Part shown: positions 37,825-48,328 of the stretch, piece after piece
How positions within the stretch are numbered: the first letter of the stretch is position 1
How the letters are laid out: each line of letters opens with the position of its first letter
Source of the DNA: a virus
DNA length: 64,000 nt
Virus record (IMG/VR): IMGVR_UViG_3300037107_000081
Location: 1-64,000 of that record
Direction: 5' to 3' (one strand)
Made by a program: the position numbers and the translations under genes
Notes under the pieces: model-generated
Told to the model about the DNA's origin: nothing
What the model saw: only the letters and a program-made list of their open reading frames with translations
Database searches by the model: none

Positions 37825-39735
37825 ATGATCGATATTAATAATGAAAGAACCAGGGCACAGGAACTAATTGAAAAAAACCGTAAATTAGTATCTAGAGCGG
37901 CAACCATAATGTCAAATAATATGGCATTGTCTGGTATTCCTGAAATTTCTAATCGAATGGCGCGTGGGGTTAGTGAGGAGCGCCGAGAATTGATGGAAAT
38001 GCAACTTGAGGCTGGTGAATTCAGGGAGCAAGGATCTGGTTTTTCAGGAGCATCTAGAGACCGTTCAGTTAAGAAATCACAAACAGAATTAGGCCTTGTA
38101 GCTCATAATGGAAAAAACCTATACAAGATGGCAGCTGATGGAGGTGTTATCTCTGGTAGCGGTGGCGGATGGCGAGGTAGTAATGATTCAGTTAGACAGG
38201 TTCCGGAAGTTTATTCTCCTTTATGGCTTAATTCAAATTTAAACTTACCAAGAGATCGTCCAACAATTAATGCTTGGAGTCGTAGTTTTTTTGCATTAAA
38301 TCCCATTGTTCATAATGCAATAACACTACATTCAACATATCCAATTGCAAAACTAAATATCAAATCAAAGAATCCTAAGGTTGAGAAGTTTTTTTCTCAG
38401 ATGTCAGAAGAAATAGATTTGATGAATATTGCCGTACTAGCCGCTCAGGAATATTGGATTCTTGGAGAGGCTTTTATTTATGGCGAATTAGATGAGAGCA
38501 AGGGTAGTTGGAGTCGGTTGATGATTCTAAACCCTGATTATGTTAATGTTCAGAGAAGTGTAATTGCAGCAGAACCAATTATTAGTTTGCGCCCTGATGA
38601 AAACCTTAGACGTGTAGTAATGGGTAATCAACCATCGGATCTGCAACAACGCAAACAACTTGATCCGTCTATTATTGAGCATGTTCGTCGTAATGAGAAT
38701 ATTCCACTAAATAACTTCTATGTTCATCATATGGCTCGTAGAATTTCGCCTTATGAGATTCGTGGAACGGGCTTGATTGTAAGTTGTTTTAGAGCCTTGA
38801 TGTTATGGGACAAAATTCGCGAATCAAAGTTTGCACAAGCCGACAACATGGTTAATCCGCTGACACTTGTAAAGATTGGTGATGCAGATTTTCGCCCAGG
38901 CCCACAAGATCTTGAAAATTGGCGACATGTGTTCGAGGCGGGACAGTATGATCGCGATTTCAAAATTTTTACACATAATGCTGTAACGGTTGAGCGTATT
39001 GGTTATGGCCAAGGTATTTATGATACTTCAGCTGACATAACACAATTAATTAAAGAAATTTATATTGGTTTGATGGTGCCGTCTGTAATTATGGATGGCA
39101 GTGATACGACTTATGCGACTGGTTCTGTAGCATTGGATGTTTTGCGTCAGAGATATATGCAATTCCGCCAGATGATGACTACTTGGTTGAAGAGAAAGAT
39201 TTTTGCTCCAATTGCTCAGATTCAAGATTTTTATGAATATGTAGATGGTGAAAAAACTTTGATTGTTCCTGAAATTGACTGGAACCATATGTCTTTGTTT
39301 GATATGGATAGTTACATTCAAAACATGGTTAATCTTTCTCAGGGTCAAGGTGAAACTCCAAAGCGCGTTTCATTGCAGACTTTATATAGAAGCTTGGGTC
39401 TTGAATATGAGGAAGAGCAGAGAAAGATTCGTTATGAAGATATTCAAGATGCAATTAGGACCAGAGAGCTTGCTGCTATGGCTAAGTATGATCTTCATGA
39501 ATTGAAATCTCTTAATCCGGGTGATGAAATTGAGGAGCCTTCTGATACACCGGTTCCAGGAGAAAGCCCGTATATAACCCCACAAGGTGATGAGTCAGAA
39601 GGTGGAATGGGTGGTGGAATAGGACCAGGAGCACCAAGCGGACCATCAATGCCAGGATCACCACCTCCATCTCCAATTGGCGGAGGCGGACCAAAACCGG
39701 CAGCTCCAAAGCCAGCAAGCCCACCTTCACCATAA
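37825..39735 (+). CDS. portal protein
   Basis: Follows the terminase; NPIVHNAI, EYWILGEAF, LNPDYV, YEIRGTG, GLMVP, WLKRKIF.PI; Pro/Gly-rich tail. Confidence 0.82.
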   Translation: MIDINNERTRAQELIEKNRKLVSRAATIMSNNMALSGIPEISNRMARGVSEERRELMEMQLEAGEFREQGSGFSGASRDRSVKKSQTELGLVAHNGKNLYKMAADGGVISGSGGGWRGSNDSVRQVPEVYSPLWLNSNLNLPRDRPTINAWSRSFFALNPIVHNAITLHSTYPIAKLNIKSKNPKVEKFFSQMSEEIDLMNIAVLAAQEYWILGEAFIYGELDESKGSWSRLMILNPDYVNVQRSVIAAEPIISLRPDENLRRVVMGNQPSDLQQRKQLDPSIIEHVRRNENIPLNNFYVHHMARRISPYEIRGTGLIVSCFRALMLWDKIRESKFAQADNMVNPLTLVKIGDADFRPGPQDLENWRHVFEAGQYDRDFKIFTHNAVTVERIGYGQGIYDTSADITQLIKEIYIGLMVPSVIMDGSDTTYATGSVALDVLRQRYMQFRQMMTTWLKRKIFAPIAQIQDFYEYVDGEKTLIVPEIDWNHMSLFDMDSYIQNMVNLSQGQGETPKRVSLQTLYRSLGLEYEEEQRKIRYEDIQDAIRTRELAAMAKYDLHELKSLNPGDEIEEPSDTPVPGESPYITPQGDESEGGMGGGIGPGAPSGPSMPGSPPPSPIGGGGPKPAAPKPASPPSP

Positions 39736-39776
39736 TTAAGCCCAGCGCATATTCTGGCTTTTAACTGGAGTGGTTT

Positions 39777-40976
39777 ATGGAAAAGGAAGCGCAAAGAAGA
39801 TCTGTTACTAAATCTATTGGAAGGGCCATAAATCCAGCAGAATGGTTCAGAAATATGTCTGGCGAATACAGGGAAGTATCTCAGTTAATTGATGAGATTG
39901 ATAAAGATATGCGCGATAAGGCTTTGCAAAATGATCCTGGTATGCGTGAAGCTATACATGAAGCTCGTATGGCTATGAAGAATCGCGAGTTTCCTAAGAC
40001 TTTTTATTATGCTTGGCAATTAATAAAAGCAGTTGAAGGGATTTTTACTAAAGATATTCATAAGTTAGAAAGATTAAGTAAAAGAATTATTAATGAATTT
40101 TATGCAGAATCTTTAACGCCAAGCCAATTAAGAGAACTTCATAGAAATTTTGGTCAGGGTAGTAAAGAAATTAAAGTTCCAAAAAATTCTAATCTTGAAG
40201 TTTTATTATATGCAGCAGCGGCACCTGAATTGATTAGTGAGGGTGCTAATCCGGTTCAATGGTTGCAGGAAAACATACCATCATACAGACAATTAAAGGG
40301 CGATTTACTTGATAGAATTTTTCGCAATAGAATGGGTAAACAAAAAGAAGCTGCTCGTTTAGCTTTATCGGTTGCAGAGAAAGCATATAAATCAATAAAA
40401 GAAGTATTTTCAAAGCTTGATTCTGCGCGTAGAGATTTTTCAACTTATATTAGTATTGCTCAAAAATATCAAGAAAGATTTGAAGCACTAAAAGAAGAGC
40501 TTTCGGTTATTTATCAAGAACATTTTTCAGACTTGGTTCCTTCTAATAAACCTGAAAAGAAAGAACAAAAAACTGAGCAATCCAGAAAATGTTGGAATTG
40601 TGGAGCTAATGCTGTTGCTGGTGCTCCTTGTTCTGAATGTGGCGCTGAAGAAATGAGATCTGCAGAAGCGCCACCAGCGGTACCAGTTGTTGAAAGTCCA
40701 CAGCCAGCCGGTACTAAAAATCCAAATCCTGGTCCATTGGTTGATAATGTTACAGTTCCAAATATTACAAACAAAGAAGAGGAAGAAAAAACAAAGGCAG
40801 CTGAACTTATTGTTGAGTTGGTAAGTAAGGCTAGAAATGCGTTAGAGCAGAGCGACAGGGGTTTAGCAGCGGCACTTTTGGCTAAGGCTTCGGAAATTTG
40901 TGATGATTATGGGAACGAGGAAGAGAGTATTGTTTTATTGAAGGCGGCCTCTGATTTAATGCCAATTGGAGAATAA
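39777..40976 (+). CDS. putative internal head protein
   Basis: Starts MEKEAQ; CxxC..CxxC insert; C-terminal hairpin tag. Confidence 0.7.
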   Translation: MEKEAQRRSVTKSIGRAINPAEWFRNMSGEYREVSQLIDEIDKDMRDKALQNDPGMREAIHEARMAMKNREFPKTFYYAWQLIKAVEGIFTKDIHKLERLSKRIINEFYAESLTPSQLRELHRNFGQGSKEIKVPKNSNLEVLLYAAAAPELISEGANPVQWLQENIPSYRQLKGDLLDRIFRNRMGKQKEAARLALSVAEKAYKSIKEVFSKLDSARRDFSTYISIAQKYQERFEALKEELSVIYQEHFSDLVPSNKPEKKEQKTEQSRKCWNCGANAVAGAPCSECGAEEMRSAEAPPAVPVVESPQPAGTKNPNPGPLVDNVTVPNITNKEEEEKTKAAELIVELVSKARNALEQSDRGLAAALLAKASEICDDYGNEEESIVLLKAASDLMPIGE

Positions 40977-42370
40977 TGAACAGAGAGGATCTTCAACTAT
41001 TGCGATATGCAGCTTTAGAGCTTCAGGCTGATAGTACAGATCTGGTTAAAGTAGCCGGTATAATTCAGCGTATTAAGAATTGGTGGAAGGCTAAATTTAA
41101 TCCTGACTTTGCCCAACAACAAGAACAGGTTGAGCAGGCTTATGATGAAATGAAAGGGCCACTTGGAGAGTTAATTGGTCAGTTAAAACAATTGGATAAA
41201 TCATTTCAAGGCCAAGATGTTGATTCTATTGCTAGGCTTGTTGGTGAAGTTCCGGCAATAATTTCTAAGGTTACAAAAGATATGGGTAATCTAAAGCAAA
41301 AGATGTTAGATGCCAATAAAGCTGTTCCTGAAAGTTATGTAAATGAAAAAGGCGAAGAGATTGCGTCTGGAGATTTAAGTAGAGTAATGAAGGGGTTTCA
41401 TAAAGATCCTAGGGTGCTTGGTGGTTCTTGGGATTTGTTACCAGAAGAATTTAGAAATGAGATACCGATTGCGCAAGTTATTGATAAGCCGTTGTCAAGT
41501 TTTTCTTGGTACAAACAATATAGTCCAGAGATTAGAATAAATACCAATGTATATAATAAAACCAAAGATGCCTTAATTAATAATTTATCAAGATTATTCG
41601 ATAAGACTGGAAGGTTTAGTGGTCAAGAATTAATTAGTAAGATTGATTCTGGTTTTGATAAATTTATGGACAATTTGCAAGACGCTATTTTTAATAAAGG
41701 AATTATTCATAAAGTTAATTTTTCAAGACCATCTGAATCTGTCAAGAATAGAATAAATAATCAAATGAAGTTAGAAGTTATTATTCCTGATATACCATTT
41801 CCTTTTGGTGATTCAGAAATATTAATTCATACCAATATTGTTGCGCTTACTGATTTGGGTACTGGAACTGTTGCTAATCCAAGAAAAGTATTATCATTAT
41901 ATTTTGTAGAAAATCCGACATTATCTCTTTCTAGAAGGGAAATATTAAATGATCAAGAAATACATAATGCTGGAATAATTACAAATATAATTAAACGAGC
42001 CATACTTAAAAAATCATTACCAACAACGCATGCAATTGTAAAAGTAAATGGGCAAACATTCCATCATAAAACACAATTTTCCAGGATTTTATCAAGTGCA
42101 TTAAGGCAGGAAATTGATGCGGATTGTTCGGTAAGAAATGATGGTGATGATATAGAGGTTCAGGTGGCTGTGTGTGGAAGTAAGACAGCTTCATTAATGG
42201 CTATTTATGGCATATCTACGTATTTAGCTGATGAGTTCTTAAATACCACAAAGATAGGTGTGGGTGTAGATGTTGTGCCTGGGATATCTAATCTTGATGT
42301 AATTGAATCTGGAGTGTTTGATCAGAGTTTTAGGAAGGTTGCTTTTGATTGCTGGAGAAACAATGAGTAA
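40976..42370 (+). CDS. putative internal head protein
   Basis: LLRYA, LVKVAG, IIKRA, FRKVA. Confidence 0.7.
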   Translation: MNREDLQLLRYAALELQADSTDLVKVAGIIQRIKNWWKAKFNPDFAQQQEQVEQAYDEMKGPLGELIGQLKQLDKSFQGQDVDSIARLVGEVPAIISKVTKDMGNLKQKMLDANKAVPESYVNEKGEEIASGDLSRVMKGFHKDPRVLGGSWDLLPEEFRNEIPIAQVIDKPLSSFSWYKQYSPEIRINTNVYNKTKDALINNLSRLFDKTGRFSGQELISKIDSGFDKFMDNLQDAIFNKGIIHKVNFSRPSESVKNRINNQMKLEVIIPDIPFPFGDSEILIHTNIVALTDLGTGTVANPRKVLSLYFVENPTLSLSRREILNDQEIHNAGIITNIIKRAILKKSLPTTHAIVKVNGQTFHHKTQFSRILSSALRQEIDADCSVRNDGDDIEVQVAVCGSKTASLMAIYGISTYLADEFLNTTKIGVGVDVVPGISNLDVIESGVFDQSFRKVAFDCWRNNE

Positions 42371-42749
42371 TGTTGAAATTGATGTTATTAATAATGAAGT
42401 TATCAACGCTGATTCTGATGATTTTGAGCATATAGATTCTCTTGCCGAAGCAATTGGTCATTTTTATAAAGGAAAAATGATTCAGGTATATTGGTCTGAT
42501 AATGGTGGGTCTACACATTATTCTGATTATGATGTTTCTAATAATGTGTATATTGAGGGTAAGGTTCTTTGGGGAAGGGGTGAGGTATTTGCTTTAGAGT
42601 GTGAAGTGGATACGCCAGCAAAAAAGTTTAAGACGGTTGTTATATTTAATTCATATAATGTTTATTTTGTAACTCCTCTTGATGGTGTTGATGTTATGAC
42701 ACTATTCAAAGGAAGAATGAAGCATATAAAAAGCAAAGGTTTACCGTGA
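42363..42749 (+). CDS. hypothetical protein
   Basis: GGAG RBS before ATG 42363. Confidence 0.65.
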   Translation: MSNVEIDVINNEVINADSDDFEHIDSLAEAIGHFYKGKMIQVYWSDNGGSTHYSDYDVSNNVYIEGKVLWGRGEVFALECEVDTPAKKFKTVVIFNSYNVYFVTPLDGVDVMTLFKGRMKHIKSKGLP

Positions 42750-43054
42750 GCATAGAAAGTGAATTAGCATCTATTTGTAAAGATATTAGGTTACTTGGTG
42801 ATAATAAGTTAACCAATGATGCTATTTGTGCTTACGCTGCCCTAACTGATACTGAAAATCCACGACCAGACCTATCATATTCGTATATTATTAGGAAGTT
42901 GCGTAAAGGTGATGATGATAGACGTTTGAAATTCCAAAAAGCTTTTAAGAAGGCGTTTGATAGTGCTTTATATGAAGATGTTGAAGATCCAGACGCTGTT
43001 GCTTTGATGGTTGCAATGAAGGCTATTGATTTCAAGGATGAGAATGCCAGCTAG
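42746..43054 (+). CDS. hypothetical protein with N-terminal hairpin-tag-like segment
   Basis: GTGA overlap; ELASICKDIRLLGDNKLTNDA. Confidence 0.65.
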   Translation: MSIESELASICKDIRLLGDNKLTNDAICAYAALTDTENPRPDLSYSYIIRKLRKGDDDRRLKFQKAFKKAFDSALYEDVEDPDAVALMVAMKAIDFKDENAS

Positions 43055-44090
43055 ATTTGCCAAAGTAACCAAAGATTTATTTAGGGGTGGTTGTCCATCG
43101 CTTAAAGATAATGATATTGAATCTTTAAAGCGTATGGGAATAAATAAAATTGTAAGTCTTGATGAAGAGTGTGGTGAGCGTATAAAAGAAAAGTGTAATG
43201 AGCTGGGTATTCATCAAATTATATGGGGATTGGGTGCAGGCAATGATCCTAAAGTTGCTGCATTAAAAAAGAGAATTGTTCCAACGCTTACTCATGGTGG
43301 CCCAACGTATGTTCATTGCTTACATGGAAAAGATCGTACAGGAATGACAGTGGCTATGTATCGTGTTTATTCTGGATGGTCTGTTGATAAAGCATTAAAA
43401 GAAGCAGCACAATTCGGAATGGGAACTCACCTACCACCAGATGTTGCTAAAACTTATTATGATGCTGTAAAAGAATTCGCAAAAGATCTGGAGGAAGATA
43501 AAAGTAATGCGTTAGATGCTGTTTCTTTAACTAGGATGACTAATTCATTTGGCCCAGAAAACCCCGCTGTTGATGATATGACAATTTCCAGACCGGTTAA
43601 TTTTAATCTTCCACCAGGCACAGATATTGAATTTAGTCAGCTTAGTAGAATTGCTTCAGCTAAAATTTATATTAAGTGCAATTCAGGAGATTTATTAAAA
43701 CCAGGATCTTTTTGGTGGGGCTCAAAAGAATTGGCAAACAAAAATCCTATAAATTCTTCTGGTAAATTATTTTCGGCCAATTTAATATCATCATCTAAAT
43801 TTGAAAAGTTCGACGGGAAGGTAAATAAAAATCTAATAAACAATGTATTAACAAGAGATATTGATGTAGCTATTCTTCGTGATAATCAATATTTAATTAT
43901 ATGCCCAAGCTCTTTAATAGATATTCAAGAAGAAAATGATGATATAAATGATTTGGTAGAAGTAGGAATGAGAGATAATTCTACCGATTATACGTATGCT
44001 TATCCTGGAAGTGGAAGTGGTTTAGGTGGAATGCCAGATGGAGCAGCAGGTTTTGTACAATTACCGTTTTCAGGAATAGGTCAGGTTTAG
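43044..44090 (+). CDS. cysteine-based (CX5R) protein tyrosine/dual-specificity phosphatase family protein
   Basis: LFRGGCP, GINKIVSL, P-loop YVHCLHGKDRTG, YR...GWSVDKA..E...FG. Confidence 0.88.
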   Translation: MPARFAKVTKDLFRGGCPSLKDNDIESLKRMGINKIVSLDEECGERIKEKCNELGIHQIIWGLGAGNDPKVAALKKRIVPTLTHGGPTYVHCLHGKDRTGMTVAMYRVYSGWSVDKALKEAAQFGMGTHLPPDVAKTYYDAVKEFAKDLEEDKSNALDAVSLTRMTNSFGPENPAVDDMTISRPVNFNLPPGTDIEFSQLSRIASAKIYIKCNSGDLLKPGSFWWGSKELANKNPINSSGKLFSANLISSSKFEKFDGKVNKNLINNVLTRDIDVAILRDNQYLIICPSSLIDIQEENDDINDLVEVGMRDNSTDYTYAYPGSGSGLGGMPDGAAGFVQLPFSGIGQV

Positions 44091-44119
44091 CTAATAATTC
44101 GATATAATATATAACAACA

Positions 44120-44746
44120 ATGGAAAAAAAAGCATATTCTATCCAAATGCATTTTAATGTTCCTGATTCTGAAAAAAGAATTGCGGAAAAGGCTGAGGAA
44201 TATTTTCAACAGTTAGTTGCACATTTAGATGATATAAAAGGTTATTTAGATTTAATATATACTCCATTTCAAAAGCACCAGAATATTGATATGGATATGA
44301 TTGTAGAATATAGAAAAACTTTCCGTGAATATCGTGATCAGGTCAAGGCAAAATCAGATAAGGTAACAAAAAGAGCATATCAGTGTGTTGCCTTAATGAA
44401 TGAATTTAGCACAGATACGGCCACAGAAGAGATTATGAACTCTTTTATTGGGTCGGTTAGGGAATTAGAGAAATATACCGATACATTTATGTCAATATTC
44501 TCGAATCTTAATAGTCCAGAGTTTAGGGACCATTTGATTTTAACAATTGATTCGATGAAGAAACAAATGAACCAAATCGAGCAATTAATAAAAGATCGAA
44601 TTTTAGAACATATAGATAGTAATATTTTGGCAAAGAATTGGGCGAAGGATCATTGTGATGACGGTAAGCCCATAGAAGAAAGAGTACCGCTAGTAATGCA
44701 GCTCTTCAAAGAAAGACAAGAAGCATTGCAAGGTACAAAGAGTTAA
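44120..44746 (+). CDS. putative head protein, all-helical
   Basis: Starts MEKKAY. Confidence 0.7.
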   Translation: MEKKAYSIQMHFNVPDSEKRIAEKAEEYFQQLVAHLDDIKGYLDLIYTPFQKHQNIDMDMIVEYRKTFREYRDQVKAKSDKVTKRAYQCVALMNEFSTDTATEEIMNSFIGSVRELEKYTDTFMSIFSNLNSPEFRDHLILTIDSMKKQMNQIEQLIKDRILEHIDSNILAKNWAKDHCDDGKPIEERVPLVMQLFKERQEALQGTKS

Positions 44747-44753
44747 GGGTTAT

Positions 44754-44912
44754 ATGTTAATCAAAACTGGTGATGCAGAAATTATTGGTGTCATTGATTC
44801 GAAGTCGGAAGATATCGAAAGCAAGAATAGCGAAGTTGTAGCGTCAACACTCTTAGATATGGCCAAGAAACGTATTTCTGAATCGGATCAAGATAAAGGC
44901 TTGGAGAACTAA
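44754..44912 (+). CDS. 52-aa protein missed by the ORF track
   Basis: MLIKTGDAEIIGVIDS...; TAATG coupling to the protease; N-terminus mirrors the protease's MLIKLG. Confidence 0.6.
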   Translation: MLIKTGDAEIIGVIDSKSEDIESKNSEVVASTLLDMAKKRISESDQDKGLEN

Positions 44913-47900
44913 TGTTGATAAAACTCGGCGAGTCTGTTTGTATTAGACCTGAAGATATACGACCAGTTGAAAAATTGGTTAGTGATTCTGATTTAGATAT
45001 TGAAAACAGAATGTATAGATTTGCTCAGGAACTTAAAGTTATTGCTCCTAAAGCAAAAGACTTTCTATATTTTACTGCCGTTATGATGCATGCTGCTGAG
45101 GCTGCCTGTGTTAATGATGATGGATCTCCAAAGAAAACAGCATCGGGTGAGGTTGTTTCTGCTACATGGGAAAAGGTTGGAGAGGGCGTCAAGTGGGTTT
45201 GTAATGATCCAAATATCAAATGTTACCGTAACAATAATAGAGATATTTTTCCAGAATATGAATTAAAGTTAGCGTATAAGAAATGGATAGGTCGTCCGTT
45301 ATGCCTCGATCATCAATCACAGTCGGTTGATAAGATTCGAGGCGTTATTGTTGATACTGTATATGATGATCGTAGAAAGAGGTTAATTGCTCTCTGTGCC
45401 CTTGATTCAAAAAATTATAGTGATTTAGCCGATAAGGTTACTAGTGGTGTTGCTAATAACGTATCGATGGGAACCGGGGTTGGCAGGGCTGTGTGTTCAG
45501 AATGCCAACGAGCCGCTAGAACCGAAAAAGACTTTTGCCAGCACATGAAGAATAAGAGTTGTTATGGCGAAATTAACTTGGAACTGTCTCCGTTAGAACT
45601 TTCTTTAGTAGTTGCCGGAGCCGATCCAAAAGCCAAAGTTAAGCATATTATTGCCAGTGATATTGCTAAAGCTGCGGAATTACTTTCTGATTATTTGCAT
45701 GTTAAAGAAGCGGTATCTAGGCAAGATCTAACATCTATACAGGAAGACCTAAAGAGCCTAATGGGTAAGATTGAAGCTATGGCTCATGATAGCGATAAGA
45801 AAGACGAGAGTGATGCGGTTGGTCCGACTCGCTCTAGATGGTCGATGGATGAAGTCAGTAATGAACCATCGACTCAGTTTAATGTTCCTGAGGCATTCCC
45901 AACTTACGCCTCAGAGCTACAAATGGCAATTTTGGGAGCTCAAACAAAACTGGCAAGCTTGCAGGACAATATACTTAGACTATCTAATAATAGTAACGAG
46001 GAATCAATCATGACTACAAAAGAAGCATATTTTCAAGGTACAGAGGAACCAAAACCAGGACAGAAGCAATACGCTGTGGATCCGTTGAATGAGAAAGCCA
46101 GACTATTGGACAAGAATCTACATGGCCCAGCTCCATTTCCAAACACTGGATCTGTAGATGGTATGTATCCTGGTGATGATAAAACCAAGAAAGATTTGCA
46201 GCGCCTAGCGGATGAGCATGAGCGTGCAATGTTCCGTGAAGCTGCTTTGAAGAAGGCCAAGGAACAATTGAAGCAAGGATATTTCCAGGGAACGGAAGAG
46301 CCAACTCCTGGTAAGCCACAATATACAAAAGATCCGCTTAATGAGAAGGATCGTTTATTGGATAAGACCATGGTTGGCGAAAAACCGTTCCCAGGAGTAG
46401 GCAAGGTTGATGGTCTTTATGGTGACGATCTTGCTGAAAAAGAAAAGCTTTCACGAGCATCTTTGAAGGCTAGATTTGAGAAGGTTGCTCTTCCAGATGG
46501 TCGTATTAATAAAGGCGCTTCTAATTGGGTTGTTCTAGCTAATGGAAAACCAATTCTTCAAGCTTCTGTTGCTCAGATCACTCGTGGTAATGAAGAGCAT
46601 TTGTATGATGCGATTGCTACCGAGCGTTTTGGTAGGTCACTATTAAATCGTATTCAGACTGAAGGTTTTGAAGCTACTGCTAATGATTTACTCAAGACTG
46701 CACAAGCTCCAGCCGCTCCTCCTCCAGCCCCAGAAGCTGCGCCAGCCGGTGATATGCCCCCACTTGAGCCACCAAAGGATGTTGCTAGTGAGGGTGGAGA
46801 ACCAGGTGAAATTGTAGATGATATTCAGTCGCTTGTTGATGAAATGGAAGGCAAGATTAGTGATCTTAAGGATAAGGTTAGCGGACCTGTTTCTGAGGAC
46901 GCTGAAGGTCTTGGTGATGTTCCTCCGGCAGGTGATGAGGAATTCGCGGTTCCAGCTGGTGGTGCTCCTGCTCCTAAGAGCGCATCACAGCTTCAATCAA
47001 TGCGTAAACGTGTAAATGTGATGTTGCAGGATGGTATTGATGAGACAATTACTTCTTTATCTAAGCATGTAAATGAACTAAAGACTGCGCAAAAAGTTTA
47101 TAAAGAATCATATGCATCAATGACTGAAGAGCAACGTGATTATATTAACGATCTAACAATTTCGGCCGTGAAAGATGCTAAGGCTCAACTTAATGATACC
47201 AATAGGTTGATGGAAGCTGTTGTTAAGTATGCTACAGGAACAGCTGGTGTTGAAAAGCGCGCACATGAAGAGGGTCTCAATACCGATGAACTTCTTGATG
47301 AAATTGAAGGTGGAAAGGGTGGTGATGACACTTATCTAGACAATGCTGCATTTGAAGATGAGTCACCAGAAGCCACACCAGAAACCGGAAAAATGAAAGA
47401 TTTCTTGTCTGAACTTGGAATTGATTCTGAGAAGGATAATGATGCTGATATGGATGGAACATTAGCTAATGGTACCCCTATTAGTATTAACGATAAGGGA
47501 GAGGCATTACTTGGAAAGAGTACAGGAGGAGCAAAATTGGAATTATCAACTAAACAAGCGCGTGCTGAGGTACGTGTGAAGCTTGCCGAAAAGGGCTTGC
47601 TTGGGTTCAACGAATTGTCTAATGATGCTCATCCAGGTGGCAGTGTAGATGCTGTTTCTGCCGGTAATTTGGATGTAAAACCAAGTGTTCCGGGGTCTGC
47701 ATTCCATGTGGCCAAGGATATTAAAGACGCAATGACCGAATTGGCAAATATGCCTCCTCGTGTTCGTAAGCAGGCTGAGGTTATTAATGAGCTTGTTTCT
47801 TCGGGTAAGATGAGTGCTGAGTCTGTTGATGGTCTTGTGGCTCATGGTATTGATCCTGATGCAGTCAAGTATTGGAAGGAATTGTATGGTCAGGGTGATT

Positions 47901-48274
47901 CGCAGTCGAAGGAATTCGCAACAGAATTAACCAAGGAACATGCCAACGCCAAGAAAGCTGAGGAAATGGAACAATACAAGGGTAAGCTAAAGAGAGCTTA
48001 TCAGGTTGCACAGCAAATGATTGTTAAGGGAATGATTAGTGAAAACCAATTAGATTCCCAGGTTGAAGATATTATGAATTGGAATGATGCTGGTTTTGAA
48101 AGCATCAAGAATATTCTATCAAGACAAGCTTCAATCAGTAAGCAAGCATCCTTACCGGTTGTTGGTCTTTTGGACTCAGGCTCGGTAATTCTTCCAGCGG
48201 CACAAAGCGCAACACAAGAAAGTATAAATATCAAAGGTTTGTTTGATAATCACTTTGCGTCGAGGAAATTCTAA
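44912..48274 (+). CDS. prohead maturation protease fused to a long scaffold-like region
   Basis: N.NRDIFP..EL, WIGRPLCLDH, GVIVD, VSMGT, CSEC..FCQH, ELSLVVAGADPKA (clan SH phage protease pattern), followed by about 850 aa of coiled-coil/acidic sequence. Confidence 0.82.
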   Translation: MLIKLGESVCIRPEDIRPVEKLVSDSDLDIENRMYRFAQELKVIAPKAKDFLYFTAVMMHAAEAACVNDDGSPKKTASGEVVSATWEKVGEGVKWVCNDPNIKCYRNNNRDIFPEYELKLAYKKWIGRPLCLDHQSQSVDKIRGVIVDTVYDDRRKRLIALCALDSKNYSDLADKVTSGVANNVSMGTGVGRAVCSECQRAARTEKDFCQHMKNKSCYGEINLELSPLELSLVVAGADPKAKVKHIIASDIAKAAELLSDYLHVKEAVSRQDLTSIQEDLKSLMGKIEAMAHDSDKKDESDAVGPTRSRWSMDEVSNEPSTQFNVPEAFPTYASELQMAILGAQTKLASLQDNILRLSNNSNEESIMTTKEAYFQGTEEPKPGQKQYAVDPLNEKARLLDKNLHGPAPFPNTGSVDGMYPGDDKTKKDLQRLADEHERAMFREAALKKAKEQLKQGYFQGTEEPTPGKPQYTKDPLNEKDRLLDKTMVGEKPFPGVGKVDGLYGDDLAEKEKLSRASLKARFEKVALPDGRINKGASNWVVLANGKPILQASVAQITRGNEEHLYDAIATERFGRSLLNRIQTEGFEATANDLLKTAQAPAAPPPAPEAAPAGDMPPLEPPKDVASEGGEPGEIVDDIQSLVDEMEGKISDLKDKVSGPVSEDAEGLGDVPPAGDEEFAVPAGGAPAPKSASQLQSMRKRVNVMLQDGIDETITSLSKHVNELKTAQKVYKESYASMTEEQRDYINDLTISAVKDAKAQLNDTNRLMEAVVKYATGTAGVEKRAHEEGLNTDELLDEIEGGKGGDDTYLDNAAFEDESPEATPETGKMKDFLSELGIDSEKDNDADMDGTLANGTPISINDKGEALLGKSTGGAKLELSTKQARAEVRVKLAEKGLLGFNELSNDAHPGGSVDAVSAGNLDVKPSVPGSAFHVAKDIKDAMTELANMPPRVRKQAEVINELVSSGKMSAESVDGLVAHGIDPDAVKYWKELYGQGDSQSKEFATELTKEHANAKKAEEMEQYKGKLKRAYQVAQQMIVKGMISENQLDSQVEDIMNWNDAGFESIKNILSRQASISKQASLPVVGLLDSGSVILPAAQSATQESINIKGLFDNHFASRKF
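46014..46429 (+). repeat. internal ~55-aa duplication in the protease/scaffold
   Basis: KEAYFQGTEEPKPGQKQYAVDPLNEKARLLDK..PFPNTGSVDGMY versus KQGYFQGTEEPTPGKPQYTKDPLNEKDRLLDK..PFPGVGKVDGLY. Confidence 0.9.
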
Positions 48275-48285
48275 TATTCTGGGCC

Positions 48286-48310
48286 GGGCGGGGTTATAAA
48301 TGCTCCGCCC
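48286..48310 (+). other. intergenic GC hairpin
   Basis: gggcgggg-ttataaatg-ctccgccc, with no U tract. Confidence 0.55.
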
Positions 48311-48328
48311 ATCCATAAGAGGTAAAAT

